Below are positions 1-12,265 of a stretch of DNA of 64,000 nucleotides, piece after piece. The position numbers and the translations under genes were made by a program. Within the stretch, counting starts at the first letter, position 1, and the number at the start of each line of letters is the position of its first letter. Origin of the DNA: Eledone cirrhosa (lineage: Eukaryota); NCBI GenBank assembly GCA_964016885.1, contig OZ024753.1, positions 44,578,001-44,642,000 of the forward strand, in the 5' to 3' direction. The notes beneath the pieces were generated by a model. That model searched no databases. It saw only the letters and a program-made list of their open reading frames with translations, and was not told where the DNA came from.

Positions 1-51
1 TATTTTGCAACGTGCTGTCAATTTCAAAAGTACCTATTAAAGTTCTGGCAC
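1..51 (-). CDS. Candidate internal coding exon, truncated by window edge: (G)ARTLIGTFEIDSTLQN...
   Basis: Minus-strand acceptor ggttgtgtttttag|GT at 52-53. Only one frame (phase 1) stays open to the window edge and it reads as non-repetitive protein. No family recognised. Confidence 0.4.
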
Positions 52-232
52 CTAAAAACACAACCAGGCTAGACACTTGAAGTCTACATAGATCTTGAGA
101 AACTTTGAAGTAGCAATTATAACCGTCTTGTACTGTATCAATACATATAATTATTCTACTACACCATATTGAGTTCTGTATTTACTTATTCTATAGTGAG
201 AAGCATTACAACATACACACATACATACATAC

Positions 233-263
<31 letters not shown>

Positions 264-409
264 TATAGATATAGATATATATATAGATAGATAGATATAT
301 AGATATTCGTGTGTACATATGTATATATATATAGATAGATACATAGATATTCATGTATACTTATGTACATATATATATATACATTTATTTATTTATTAGT
401 GTATACATA

Positions 410-456
<47 letters not shown>

Positions 457-522
457 ATATAATGGAAAGAAAGAAAGATAGATAGATAGAGAGAGAGAGA
501 TCCATGCACTTAGACACACAAG

Positions 523-554
<32 letters not shown>

Positions 555-1060
555 TATAATCTTTTATCAGTTAGGAATTCATTTTAGCAATGTCAACGTC
601 CAAAGGGATGAAAGTCTGACAGAATTTTAACTCGGAACTTAATTGAAACTACATTTTCAAAAGCATTTAGTGCAGTGTTCTTTTAAATAGATACAAGAAC
701 AAACATGGGGCTACAAAACAACAACCGCAGTAATATATATTGAGCCTGGTTCTTTGATATCTATCTATGAGGGTTAACCTTTGTAGGTGGAGGTGAAACA
801 ACAATAGTTGATATACATTGGATGTGGTTCTTTAGAAAAGATAACCAAACAAAAAAATAACAATGAATGAAGATTTCCTATGTGAAGTTTTGTCAGTTAT
901 TTTAAACCGTTCTATACATAAAAGTGATGTGAATAACATAAAAGGTACATCTGTTTTCTGCTTGATAATTAGTTTTTAATTAAACTTAAACTCGTTAGAC
1001 AAAAGCATGAGTATATGATAAACTATAATCAAAATATTTACATTAATATTTTAAAAGATA

Positions 1061-1455
1061 TGTCCCTTTACGTTCTGAGTTCAAATCTCGCAGATGTTAG
1101 CTTTGCTTTTCATCCTTACGGGGTCAATAAAATAAAGTACCAGTAATGTATTGGGGTTGATTTAATCAAGTTTCCCTTCCTCTCCCAAAATTGCTGGCTT
1201 TGTTTCTAAATCAGAAACCATTATTTTAGTGGTGAGGGTGATGGATTGGCAGTATCGGTAGAGCATTGGACAACATGGTTTGTGGCATTGAGTCACGTCC
1301 CTTTACATTCTGAGTTTAAATTCTGCTGAGGTTAGCTTTGGTTTTCATTGTTATGGGGTCGATAAAATAAAGTACCAGTAGTGCATTGGGGTCAATTTAA
1401 TCGTTTCTCCTCCCCAAAAATTGTTGGCCTTGTTCCTAAATCAGAAACTATTATT
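1061..1455 (+). mobile_element. Two tandem tRNA-derived SINE copies (Meta/LF-SINE-like central domain, family M)
   Basis: A box TGGCAGTATCGG, B box GAGTTCAAATC, central TTTCATCCTTACGGGGTCAATAAAATAAAGTACCAG, AT-rich tail. About 25 copies or fragments in the window. Domain name recalled from memory. Confidence 0.9.
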
Positions 1456-1919
1456 CATATTTTAGTGGTTTGGATCATCGGAATATGAATATACTGGAAG
1501 AACTTCTTCAAGAGTTTTAGGCCAGTATTTATTTCTGTTCAGTTATTTCAGGAAAGTCTGATTAGCCTCTGGGTTTCTGACAGACTTCAATTCTTTTTAA
1601 AACACTATTTATAAATTTAGTATAATGTTAATTTATAAGATTATTTATTTTATTATAATACATAACTCATCCTATTTCAGATATTTCTGGTTTTGTTAAA
1701 GGTGAAAAAAAATTACAATTAAGATCTGATAATGAATTAGCAAAAAATATCTAAAATTGATTTTGTTAATTGAAATATTTATAGTATCTTTACTAGTAGA
1801 CAAATAGTTGTGAAAATTTGCAGTATTAGAGTAGTGACTTCAATTTCTAATGTAATGTATGCACTTTTAAGAATGTCTTGCTAATGCATATTCACATTAT
1901 ATCAGATATAAAGGATTAA

Positions 1920-2246
1920 GTAAATACTTAGCAAGGACATGAAAAATTCCATCCCATGGTAATTTGAAGTGACTAGTTTCTTGAATAAAATACATTTATG
2001 AGAGAATAAGGAAATAAGTGATAAAGCTAGTATTAGCTAGATAAGTGCCCTTAAATGATGTTAAAGAAATATTAAAGCCAATAAGTACTTAGTAAGGAAA
2101 GGACAAATTCCCCTCGAAGGACATTTAAAGTGACTAGATTCTCAAATAAGATACATTTATGAGAGAATGAAGAAATAATTGATAGAGTTAGTATTAGCAA
2201 GAGAAGTGTCCTTAAATGATGTTAAAGAAATATTAAGGCAAATAAG
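1920..2246. repeat. Diverged tandem duplication, 161-bp period, 2 copies
   Basis: GTGACTAG at 1969 and 2130; TTAAATGATGTTAAAGAAATATT at 2051 and 2212. Confidence 0.85.
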
Positions 2247-2552
2247 GTAGATGAAGGGATATTTTGAAAGACTTTCCTAAATTAGACCTTAGTAAGGCCT
2301 CTTAGATAAAATGATGTAGTATTGATGAATGGACAGTTGCCATGCAGTAGATTTGTTCAACACATGCCAGTTTGCTAAACTGAAATGTTAAATCGATGGC
2401 AGTCTTAAGAAAGAAAGTTTTATTGAATACTGGACCGTAGCAAGTGACATTGTATTGCAGAGATGTGATGGAATTTTATTATGTGTTACTTAGAGCATGA
2501 AGAGAGTATCTTGACATAGGAACATAACATATAACTATCTGAGTATAATAAC

Positions 2553-2585
<33 letters not shown>

Positions 2586-2664
2586 CATTGACAGAAGAAC
2601 ATATAAATACAAAATTATATATGTCTATTTATACATAGATGTGAATATATATATATATATATAA

Positions 2665-2782
2665 GTTTATCCTGGGTTCAATTGGGGTTAGTAAGGTACT
2701 CAATACAAAGCAGAGTATAAATATTTAATATAGAAAAGGCTTCTACAGGACTAGAACTGTTTCATTCGGGAGAAATCATCAG
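2665..2782 (-). mobile_element. Penelope-like/retrozyme-like terminal fragment with 5'-truncated hammerhead (family A)
   Basis: Near-identical reverse complement of 31930-32057. Minus strand reads CTGATGA-TTTCTCCCGAAT-GAAA-CAGTTCTAGTCCTG-TA-GAAGCCT. The 5' strand of stem I is replaced by (CT)n; the 3' end runs into (TA)n. Confidence 0.75.
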
Positions 2783-2920
2783 AGAGAGAGATGTAAAATC
2801 CCAACCGCGGGACCAAGTGGTTTTGGCTTGGGAATTCACACACATGAGTGTGTATATATAGTATATATATACACACATGAGTGTGTATATATAGTATATA
2901 TATATAAATAGATATCTTAT

Positions 2921-3400
2921 GACAGTCCAAAATCCTTTTCAGTTCCCATTTTAGGTACAGGTTAAATATTTTCTCTCTCCTTTTCTTGCAATCTTGTGTG
3001 AAAGGGGCAAGCTACATCTATAATCAAGCAAGATCTCTTTCCTTGTCAACAACCACCAAGTTAAGCATATTGCGTTCTAATTCTTTATCTGTTTGTATCC
3101 TGAAATCCCACAACACCTTCACCCAATCAGTTTCTATCACTGACTCAAACTATTTCTCAGAATTATTCCTATTATTTGAAATTTCCTTTGAATTCTGCTT
3201 CTTTCCTCAATCATGCTGAATGTCAACTTCACAACTGAAGCAAAATTTGATAATACACACATTTTACTGCCAATTGTCACACAAATGATACCTCAACAGC
3301 ACAAACAGAAGTCAGCACTACTTTCTGTATCTCTGTATCTGGTCCAAATATTTTTCAGTTTCCCTTTTTATCATTCTAAGTGTGTCAATTATCATTGGTA
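2921..3400 (-). mobile_element. R4/Dong-clade non-LTR retrotransposon remnants (restriction-like endonuclease region)
   Basis: Frameshifted translation ESVIETDWVKVLWDFRIQTDKELERNMLNLVVVDKER..CLIIDVACPFHTRLQEKERE..YLKWELKRIW (about 2921-3160), plus PMIIDTLRMIKRETEKYLDQI..EIQKVVLTS (about 3310-3400). Confidence 0.85.
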
Positions 3401-3454
3401 TTGTACAGACTTTAAGATGCCACATTTTCTCAATTTCAATTGATAGATCTTTAT

Positions 3455-3860
3455 ATTTACTGACTTTTCATCCTTATGAGGTGGATAAAATAAAGTACCA
3501 GTCACGCACTGGGGTCGATTTAATCGACTTTCCCCTCCCCCTAAAATTGCTGGCCTTGTGCCTATATAAGAAACCATTATTATTATTATTGGGTGGTGGA
3601 TTGGCAGTATCGGTAGAGGGTCGGGCGCCATGCTTTGACACATAGAGTTATAGCCCTTGCCATTCTGAGTTCAAATCCCACCAAGGTTAACTTTGCCTTT
3701 CATTTTTACGGGATTGACAAAATAAAGTACCAGTAATGCACTGGGTAATTGCTGGCATTGTGCCAAAAGCAGAAACAATTATTATTATTATAAAATAAAG
3801 TACCAGTAATGCACTGGGTAATTGCTGGCCTTGTGCCAAAAGTAGAAACAATTATTATTA
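3455..3860 (+). mobile_element. SINE family M: partial copy, full copy and duplicated 3' module
   Basis: Same A/B boxes and central domain as 1061-1455; AAAATAAAGTACCAGTAATGCACTGGGTAATTGCTGGC repeated at about 3718 and 3791. Confidence 0.9.
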
Positions 3861-4402
3861 TTATTAGTAGTAGTGGTAGTAGTAGTAGTAGTAGTAGTAG
3901 TAGTATGTGTGCCGTCACTAAGTTTCCTGCCTTCAACAGTGATCAATCAAAAGTATAAGATGTCAAATTAACTATTTAGTGCTAACTATGAATATGTGAC
4001 CAACCACGCTCATCTTTTTACGTTTGTCATGGAAGAAAAAGAGAAAAGAAGGGAGAGAAAGAGTGAGGGAGAGATGAGGGAAGAGAAAAAAGTGTTTAGA
4101 GGGTGAGATATTAATGTCTTGGAATAAATAAACAATGTTTAATTTAGATATATTACAGTATTGTATGACAAAAGGTCAATAGAATAGTTCAATATTCAAT
4201 TGTTATTGGCAAGCATTAAAAGACAATGCATAACTAGTTTATTTCATTCTAACATAGAATATAATATTGGAATGGCCTACTAGATAGAACATCTCATTTT
4301 CAGTCACTGGATAAGTTGGTATTAAAGTCCTTATTCTTTATTTTATTGTATTTTTTACCTTATCACACCCCATATTCATATTATTTTACTATATATTACG
4401 TC

Positions 4403-5390
4403 AGGGCAGCGGATTGGCAGTATCGGTAGAGGGTTGGACGCCATGCTTTGCAGCATAGAGTTACGCCCCTTTACGGTCTGAGTTCAAATTCTGCCAAGAT
4501 TAGCTTTGCCTTTCATTCTTACAAGGTCGATAAAATAAAGTACCAGTAACGTACTGGGGTCAATTTAATCGACTTTCCTCTTCCCCAAAATTACTGGCCT
4601 TGTACCTATACTAGAAATCATATTACGTTCCACACTGCAAACATGGTTGGTGTTAGGAAGGGCATCCAGCTGTAAAAAACTTCAGTTTAAATACCATTCC
4701 ATTTGAGCAAGGAAGGCACAGCCGACTGGCCTGACTTGTCTCATAATGGGGATGACCTGTCAAACCCATGCAAGCATGGAAAAATAAGACATTAAATAGT
4801 GATTGTGATAATATGACTCTTGTTACTCTGGAGTTTCACCTGTCAACTCACACGATCATCAAGCAAGACATATATAATAAATGCACCTAGTACACTCTGT
4901 AAAGTGGTCAGCATTAGGAAGGGCATATAACCATAGAAATTATGTCAAAAATAGAACATACAAGAGATATGTAGTCCCCATTGATCTGTCTAGTAATGAA
5001 ACATGATGACCATTCTAACCCATGCTAGCATAGAAATGTATGTAAAGTGATGATGATAGTAGTAGTTTATCATATATATATAGTAATAAGTACATTACTG
5101 TATTTATTATATAAGTTTATTATCAATATAATTATATAAAGAAATGATATAAAACACCCAGTCCATCTTGTCAGGAGTTGATGATGGTGGCATGAGAAAA
5201 CAAACCTAGTACACACTGTTAAATGGTTGCTGTTAGGAAAGGTATCCAGCTATACAAACCATGCAAAAATGGAATGTATGAGCAAGACACAGATATCTTA
5301 CTTATCTATCTAGCTTGAAAATGTGACATGTCTAACCCATGCAAACATTGAAAATTCTCGTAGATGTAAAATGTAGATAATGATGAGTTA
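4403..5390 (+). mobile_element. SINE family M copy followed by three tandem RTE-tailed elements
   Basis: Family M at 4403-4622, then three units containing TTAGGAAGGGCAT-like motifs and ending in ACCCATGC(A/T)AGCAT-like tails with (ATG)n. Confidence 0.8.
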
Positions 5391-6736
5391 TATAATTAGA
5401 CAAATATCTAAGTTAAATTGCTAGGTATTTATTAGAGCATGTCTTCTTGACTTTGAGATTCAGTTTAGAGAGGCAATTTGTTGTCATTATGTTGGTTGAG
5501 AGCCAAAGAAATCTCAACCATAGAAATATGTTTAACAGTCGCCCTATTAGAAGAATATATTATATGTTTTTATTTATTTGTCTTTGCCATACATTATTGA
5601 ATTGGCTGTTTTTGTAGTGAGAGACAGGTTAAATGTTTCATAGTAGCTAATTCACTGCTATAAATTTCTCTCATTACATACAAAAGTCATGTAAATCTAT
5701 TTCAGTCTGAATCATTTTAAGATCAATAAAATAATAACCAATAATACACTCTGATTGATTCAATCAACTATATCATATCTTTCTTACAGAAAAACTATCT
5801 TTTATGTTTGACTATCATTAAATGACCAATATTTCATTTTCTAACTCCTCACTTTATAATAAATATCAGTTTAGTAGCTCTTCCTCTATGTCCATCCCTC
5901 TACAGGATAGAAAATATCGCACTACGGAAAGAGTCTCTCTCTATTTTTTTTCTGTTTTATCTTTCTCTCACATAATTTCTAATCCACTTTCATTGTTTTT
6001 GTTTTATTTTTATATCAAATATATAAGATTAAATAGAAGTACACACATATAATCAATTAATAATTGCTAGAAACTTTATAAATATAAAACACAAAAATAT
6101 ATAATGAAAGCAAGAAAAAAACAAACATCAATTCAACACTAAGTGCATCAATCAGTCTCACACCACAAGGGGCATTGGGAATTTTCGAGACAAGCCAATA
6201 CACTAGCAGCATTACTATAGGTGAGGGTGAGGCTAAGGTGCTGAAACAACCAAGGTCTGTAATTCTCAACCTTTTCACTAACAGCAATCACTTTTATTTA
6301 AATTAATTTTTCTGTAGGGCTACAATTACACACCATCCACAATATTATACACTGAGAATAATAATAATTGTTTCTAATTTTGGCACAAGGCCAGCAATTA
6401 CCCAGTGCATTACTGGTACTTTATTTTATCGACCCTGTAAGGATGAAAGGCAAAGTCAACCTCGGCGGGAATAATAATAATAAAAGGAAATGTTTATACT
6501 TAAAAAAGAATGAATATGGTAGGGTCATGCTGCCAATAAAAATACATGTACCTGTTGTGTTTCACTTCAGTTTTATTATTAGTTATTACCTGTTTTATTA
6601 TTACTTAAAGTACCAGTAATGTACTGGATTATTGCTAGCCTTGTGGTAAAAGTAGAAACAATTACTAGTTATTACATAGGTTAGTTTCGTAATTAGATTG
6701 CTCTACTACTGTGAATATACCCCACCAATGTTCTGC

Positions 6737-6780
<44 letters not shown>

Positions 6781-6782
<2 letters not shown>

Positions 6783-6862
6783 TTATTAAAATAACAGATT
6801 AAAGTTTAAGCAAAGAATTGCTGCTTTCACTTTTAACGGGATCTTCTGAAACTCATTATTAT

Positions 6863-6906
<44 letters not shown>

Positions 6907-7080
6907 TAAAATAACAGATTAAAGTTTAAGCAAAGAATCGCTGCTTTCACCCTTAACGTGATCTTCTGAAACTAACAAAGTCAATCTGTAAACGCAGAAC
7001 TGGATATTTCAAAAAACGTTGCAACCGGAGGAAGACAGGAGCCCTCTTTGGATTTTAGTCTTCAATTTTATTATTATTAC
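6781..7080 (-). mobile_element. Partial tandem of a Penelope-like terminal element (family B) with two hammerhead copies
   Basis: 6781-6853 and 6901-6973 are direct repeats, each abutting (TA)n. The longer copy extends to about 7080, and its 7039-7080 part recurs inverted at 31700-31740. Confidence 0.75.
6914..6989 (-). ncRNA. Type I hammerhead ribozyme variant, family B (CAGAAGA core, bulged extended stem I)
   Basis: RNA: ACAGAUUGA-[CUUUGUU]-AGUUU-CAGAAGA-U-CAC-GUUAA-GGG-U-GAAA-GCA-GCGAUUCUU-UGC-UU^AAACU-UUAAUCUGU. Stem I is 5+9 bp, stem III 4 bp, and the four-copy consensus stem II is CCC/GGG. Confidence 0.7.
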
Positions 7081-8254
7081 TATATATATATATGTCCAAA
7101 CCCATGCAAGCGTGAAAGATGGACGTTAAACGATGATGATGATGATGATATATCAGTATGACAATTATTTGACTAAATCTTATGAAAATGTTTTTCAATT
7201 CCATTTTCTAATTCCTCCATTACCTGAGCTTAGCTAAAAGCATACGACCCTAAAAATGATTTCACACATTTTGAATTGATCAATGGTAACAAGCCGGGTC
7301 ATGTATGTTAAGAAAACATTAAGTGGGTCAATCATAGGCTAATGCTATTGATAATGATCGCAGTAAACAGCGTTCATTTACCACTTGATTCAAATCTATC
7401 TTTTTTACAAATGTTATCACTAATGAAGATTGATTTATTGAAGAACTTTATAGCACAATTAGAAGTAAAAATAAAAATATACTGCAATCTGAAATTTGAT
7501 AGTGTTTAATTCATTGAAAATAGATAGAATAACTTGAATAGATTTGACTCGTTTGACATCGGCTGTTTGTAAACATGAGTATCGACTGCTGTCATTTTAA
7601 TTCATTGTGAAAATGGAAGCTTCTTCCAGAATCACTTTATTCATATCAAATTATATAAATGTTAACTTTTGTTACATTTTCGCGAATGTATTACAGAAAA
7701 TAAGGGGGGAAATATTCTACAATTAATCAATATCGACATCGTTTCATATAGAATTAACTGATCAGTTTTACATAGATTTGATACTGCCAAACAGTTCAAT
7801 GTTTTCAAAAGTTATGTAATTAATCAAATTATATAATTACCTAGTATGCAATTAGGCAGAATCAATTGTACCAATTGCTACAAGAATTAGAATCAAAGGG
7901 AATTAGGAAAATCTCATTTGTAATAATAGGACCAATCCTTCATTGGCATCTTTGATTAAACATTTATCAACAGACCCTAAAATGAAATTGGCAATCTAAA
8001 AATTAACCCTTTTGGTACCAAACCACCAGAAACTTCCCCTGGTTTTATTATACAAAACTATTTGTCTTAAGAGTATTTATATTTATCTGAAATATTTTCC
8101 CCAAGTGGTATTGAACATGAAATTACATATTTGCAATAACCTCTTTACTACAAAGTGATGCCTTCTTCTTCTTGTTGAGTTATCTCTCTTTCAAAGGTGA
8201 ATCATTCATTTTACTTTTTCTAATGGCATAAACAACTATGTCACTGATGTTGTC

Positions 8255-8440
8255 CAAGGGAAAGACAATGGCTGATACAGCTTGGCACCAGTGATGTCAC
8301 AACTCATTTCTACAGCTGAGTAAACTGGAGCAATGTGAAATAAAGTGTCCTTGCTCAAGGACATAATGCATCACTTTGGTCTGAGAATTAAACTCACAGT
8401 TTCCTGAGTGCAAGCCCAACACTCTAACAACTAAGCCATA
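8255..8440 (-). mobile_element. tRNA-derived CORE-type SINE
   Basis: Minus strand ATGGCTTAGTTGTTAGAG head and CORE-like CCTTGAGCAAGGACACTTTATTTCACATTGCTCCAGTTTACTCAGCTGTAGAAATGAG. Confidence 0.85.
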
Positions 8441-9065
8441 TTTCAGACCTAGTTAATATAAAATAGCTATGACAAGCAGAAAAACAGTTAACTTTATTTT
8501 ATTAGTTATATTATTCTCATTATGATATAATTCTATTGTTTTCAGAAAGATTTAGTTGCATGGCTCTTTCTCAAAGTAGTTGCTCATCAATCCATTGTTT
8601 TCAAAGTTAAAAAATATATTGGTTTTCTATTTAAACTGGAGATGTGTATAATTGTTGTTAGAATGTATTTGTTTTTACTTTACATGTTTTTCAAACACTG
8701 CTTATTGAACTATAAACTAATTTAGCAGAATAGAACAAAGGTCATCAAATACAGACAGAAAGGGCAAAAGTTCTGACCTTAGAAACACAATTTCTGTTTG
8801 TTTTCTGGAAAATACAGACAAATGTGTAATAGTCGTTTACGCCATTTAAAAATAAACAAACAAAAACTGTTAACTTTATTTTACATTTATCATTTATTTC
8901 TTGGTGTTAAAACTTCCCATCACAACTTTTACTCCCTGGTCACTGACATAGTTCCACAACTATATACAGTGTAATGGCTTTTTTGTGCAATTTGAAACAA
9001 ATCATTTGTTAAATGATAATTTTTAGAAATTTGTTTTTTGCTTCTGAAATTATATCTAATCAGTT

Positions 9066-9180
9066 ATGGTGGAGTTATAGAGGGATTTTTTTGGTCCTTT
9101 AAACCTGATGTGGCCCATTACTCTCCAGGTCAAAACACAGCCGACTTCTTCCAGAGATATACAGAGAAAGAGTGATCAAA
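9066..9180 (+). repeat. Unclassified dispersed repeat (family E), one of 5 copies
   Basis: CCCATTACTCTCCAGGTCAAAACACAGCCGACTTCTTCCAGAGA matches 22270-22378(-), 36830-36900(-), 48671-48800(+) and 54020-54133(-). Confidence 0.65.
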
Positions 9181-9261
9181 AGTGAGAAAGAAGTGAGAAA
9201 CAGGAAAAGAAAAAAAGAATCGAGCCCCAGTATTGAGCTGGCCTATTATTTATTAACTTTA

Positions 9262-9440
9262 AAAGGCAGGAGACCCTGGGGTAGACCTTGAGCAAGATAG
9301 TTGGATAACATCCATGAGTACAGCTGGGCTTTCATGGGCATCCATCCTGATCAATTGGAGATGGTTGCTTCTGACAGGAGTTGCTGGAAGGAGTGTTTAA
9401 GGACTTGGCCCCCACGACCCTCCCAGGAATAAATGGTTGA
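9262..9440 (+). mobile_element. RTE-clade (Expander/Rex3-like) LINE 3' end
   Basis: GRRPWGRP*AR*LDNIHEYSWAFMGIHPDQLEMVASDRSCWKECLRTWPPRPSQE*. Confidence 0.8.
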
Positions 9441-10785
9441 AGGAAAAAGAGGTGAAGAAGAAGACCATAGAAGGATTAAAGTCAAAGTCTTGACCTTGGT
9501 GGGATTTGAACTCAGACTGCAAAGAGCCAGAATAAATTCTACAAAAACATTTAAAATGATATATGAAGAGATTAATAGGAGAGTAGATAATTTGGTGTGA
9601 AAAAAGATGGATTAATTACTGTCGATATCATTTGATAAATATGCAGAAATTTAATAGTATTTGATAATGAATATACTTTAAAAGGGAAGAAAATAAAAGT
9701 AGAGGATAGAGACTGATTGAATTGTTCAATAATTGATCAAGTGCTTATTGATTAAATTACATAATTATATTCGAAAACCTTTCATTAGAAATTGAATAGA
9801 GAAGCAAATTTAACTACTTTTTTTTCAGAAATTCACATATTTAAGAAGCATAAGCTTAGTTGAATTTTAAATTTTTCTTTGATTTAAATAACTCATCAAA
9901 TGGTTTATTCCTTAACTAAAGTTTCTGTTCTTTAACCACGTGTGATTAGATGCTCCCAAGACAGTTTATTAAAAGTGTTAAGCATTATGGTTAGCATTTA
10001 GATTTGCATATGAATTACAAATAGATTGTCAAATCAAGTTATTTGATGCACAGTGCTCTTTTGAACACTAAACAGGATGTAGAGAAATATGTTTAAGTTT
10101 AGATACATAGTAGCATTTTAATTTTTAAAATGAAAACATCTATAGAGATATTTATATATTTATTTTGAAAGATTCTTGATGTGAAATCATGTGTTGAAAA
10201 CAATATTTTTATATTTGGCGATTTGGAGAGGGTCATTTTGTTTATACAAAACACATGCAGTATTCGATTTTACCCTCAGATTTATTATTAATTATTGTTT
10301 CATCAAATCTCTTTTGTAGTAAACTAAAGACTGCAATTTTTAAAGTTATTCAGTCATAATTCTCTTTTGTACTTTCCAAGAATGTCTTGCTAATGTGATT
10401 TCATGTGATGCAGGACATTGACATATACTTGCTTCATCTTTGTTTTGTGAAGTATTTTGTTTAATAATACTAGGAAATATTTCTAACACTTAACACTCTC
10501 TCAACTTTGTCATTCATGTCTGTGTATCAATAAAGTCTAGTAATTTTTCTTTACACTTGAAATACAAGCAAAATAAATTGAGGCACATCAAACTGAATAA
10601 ACATTTATCTTAAGATGAATGGTTTGAAATAATGTCATCAATTACCTTCTCACAATCAGCACATATTCTTATAGTCTCGTATTCTCATATTCTTATATTC
10701 TTTTATTCTTATATTCTCATATTCTTATATTCTTTTATTTATTCTTTATTTAAAACAAAAAGAAACTAAGAAACTAATCTTATAA

Positions 10786-11988
10786 TAATTGTTTCTACTT
10801 TTGGCACAGGCCAGCAATTACCCAGTACATTACTGGTACTTTATTTTATCGACCCCATAAGGATGAAAAGCAAGGTTAACCTCGGTGGGATTTGAACTCA
10901 GACCATAAAGGGACGTAACTCTTTGCTGCAAAACATGGCGTCAGACTCTCTACTGATACTGCTAATCCACCGCCATAGGTAATACATAATACATGTTAAC
11001 ATTGTAAGTTAGGGGGGATAAATTAACAGGAAATTGAGAAGTAATATGATGGTTGGCAATTGGAAAATGGAATACTTTCATTAATTATATTGAATTATGA
11101 CAAGTGGCATAGAGCAAACTGACCACTCATAATAAGCTGTGACCACAACAAATCTTTGCTTAAAGCCACTGAATTCTCTTTCAGAACTTAATGGCTTCAG
11201 GAAAAGCAACAATATTCACTTCATATTTCCTATTCATTAAAACATAAGACCTTCATGCTGTCTATTGATTTAATTAATGTATGGAATTGTGATGTTTATC
11301 TCATGTATATATTGTTAATAAATTGGGTTTGTATTAATACAGTTTACACATAGTTGTATACATGTAATTTATTGTTCTACTCTCCATTGGAGGTGGACAG
11401 AAACTCCAGTTAAATATTACTGACTTTATCCATGATCACCTCTTTGTTGACCCTTCCAGCTCAGGTCAACATGTAAAAGTGGACATTAAATAATGGTTTC
11501 TACTTTATGCACAAGGCCAGCAATTACCCAGTGCATTACTGGTACTTTATTTTATCGACCCCGTAAGGATGAAAGGCAAAGTCAACCTCGGCGGGATTTG
11601 AACTCAGACCGTAAAGGGACGTAACTATGCTGGAAAACATGGCGTCCGACCTTCCACCGATACTGCCAATCCACCGCCCTAGTGGACATTAAATAATGGT
11701 TTCTGATTCAGGCACAAGGCCAGCAATGTTTTTGGGGGCCAAGGGGAAAGTCGATTAAATCAACTCCAGTGCATTACTGGTATTTTATGTTATCAACCCC
11801 AGTGTGTCACTGATACTGTATTTTATCGATCCCAGTGTGTCACTGGTACTTTATTTTATTGACTCTGTAAGGATGAAAAGCAAAGATAGCCTCGGCAGGA
11901 CTTGAACTTGAATGTAAAGGGCCGTAACTCTATGCTGTAAAGCATGCTGTCCGATGCTCTACTGATTACTGCTGATCTGCCCCCCTGT
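10786..11988 (-). mobile_element. Three SINE family M copies (10786-10976, 11490-11680, 11695-11988)
   Basis: Reverse-complement copies with A/B boxes and (ATT)n tails. Confidence 0.9.
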
Positions 11989-12079
11989 GGACATTAAATA
12001 ATGATGATGATAAAGATGAGTTTTAACTCCTTAAAATAGCTGAACCAGTAGCATACCCATATATGTCTGTCTTAAGCCA

Positions 12080-12265
12080 GAAGGCTTGTAAAGCTGGTGC
12101 TTATCCCGGTTTCATGGTATGAAGTGACTGAGAATACAAGACTCCCCACTGGGCAGGACACCAGTCCATCATAGGGTTAAACTCCCAGTTATTGCTGGTA
12201 CTTATTTTCAGCTGAGTATACTAGAGCAACATGAAATGAAGTATTTTTCTCAAGAACACAACATA
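12080..12265 (-). mobile_element. CORE-type SINE with V-domain-like 3' module
   Basis: CORE followed by AACCCTATGATGGACTGGTGTCCTGCCCAG...GAAACCGGGATAAGC. Same structure at 18120-18412(-), 36920-37120(-) and 46744-46965(+). Confidence 0.8.

Noticed and set aside
1969-2246. LRR-like reading (IHL*ENKEISDKASIS*ISALK*C)
   Set aside because: The 161-bp period is not a multiple of 3 and stops are shared by both copies.
8894-8959. Minus-strand reading LWNYVSDQGVKVVMGSFNTKK*
   Set aside because: Weak acceptor with no polypyrimidine tract; the resemblance to the 1-51 peptide is too short to be significant.
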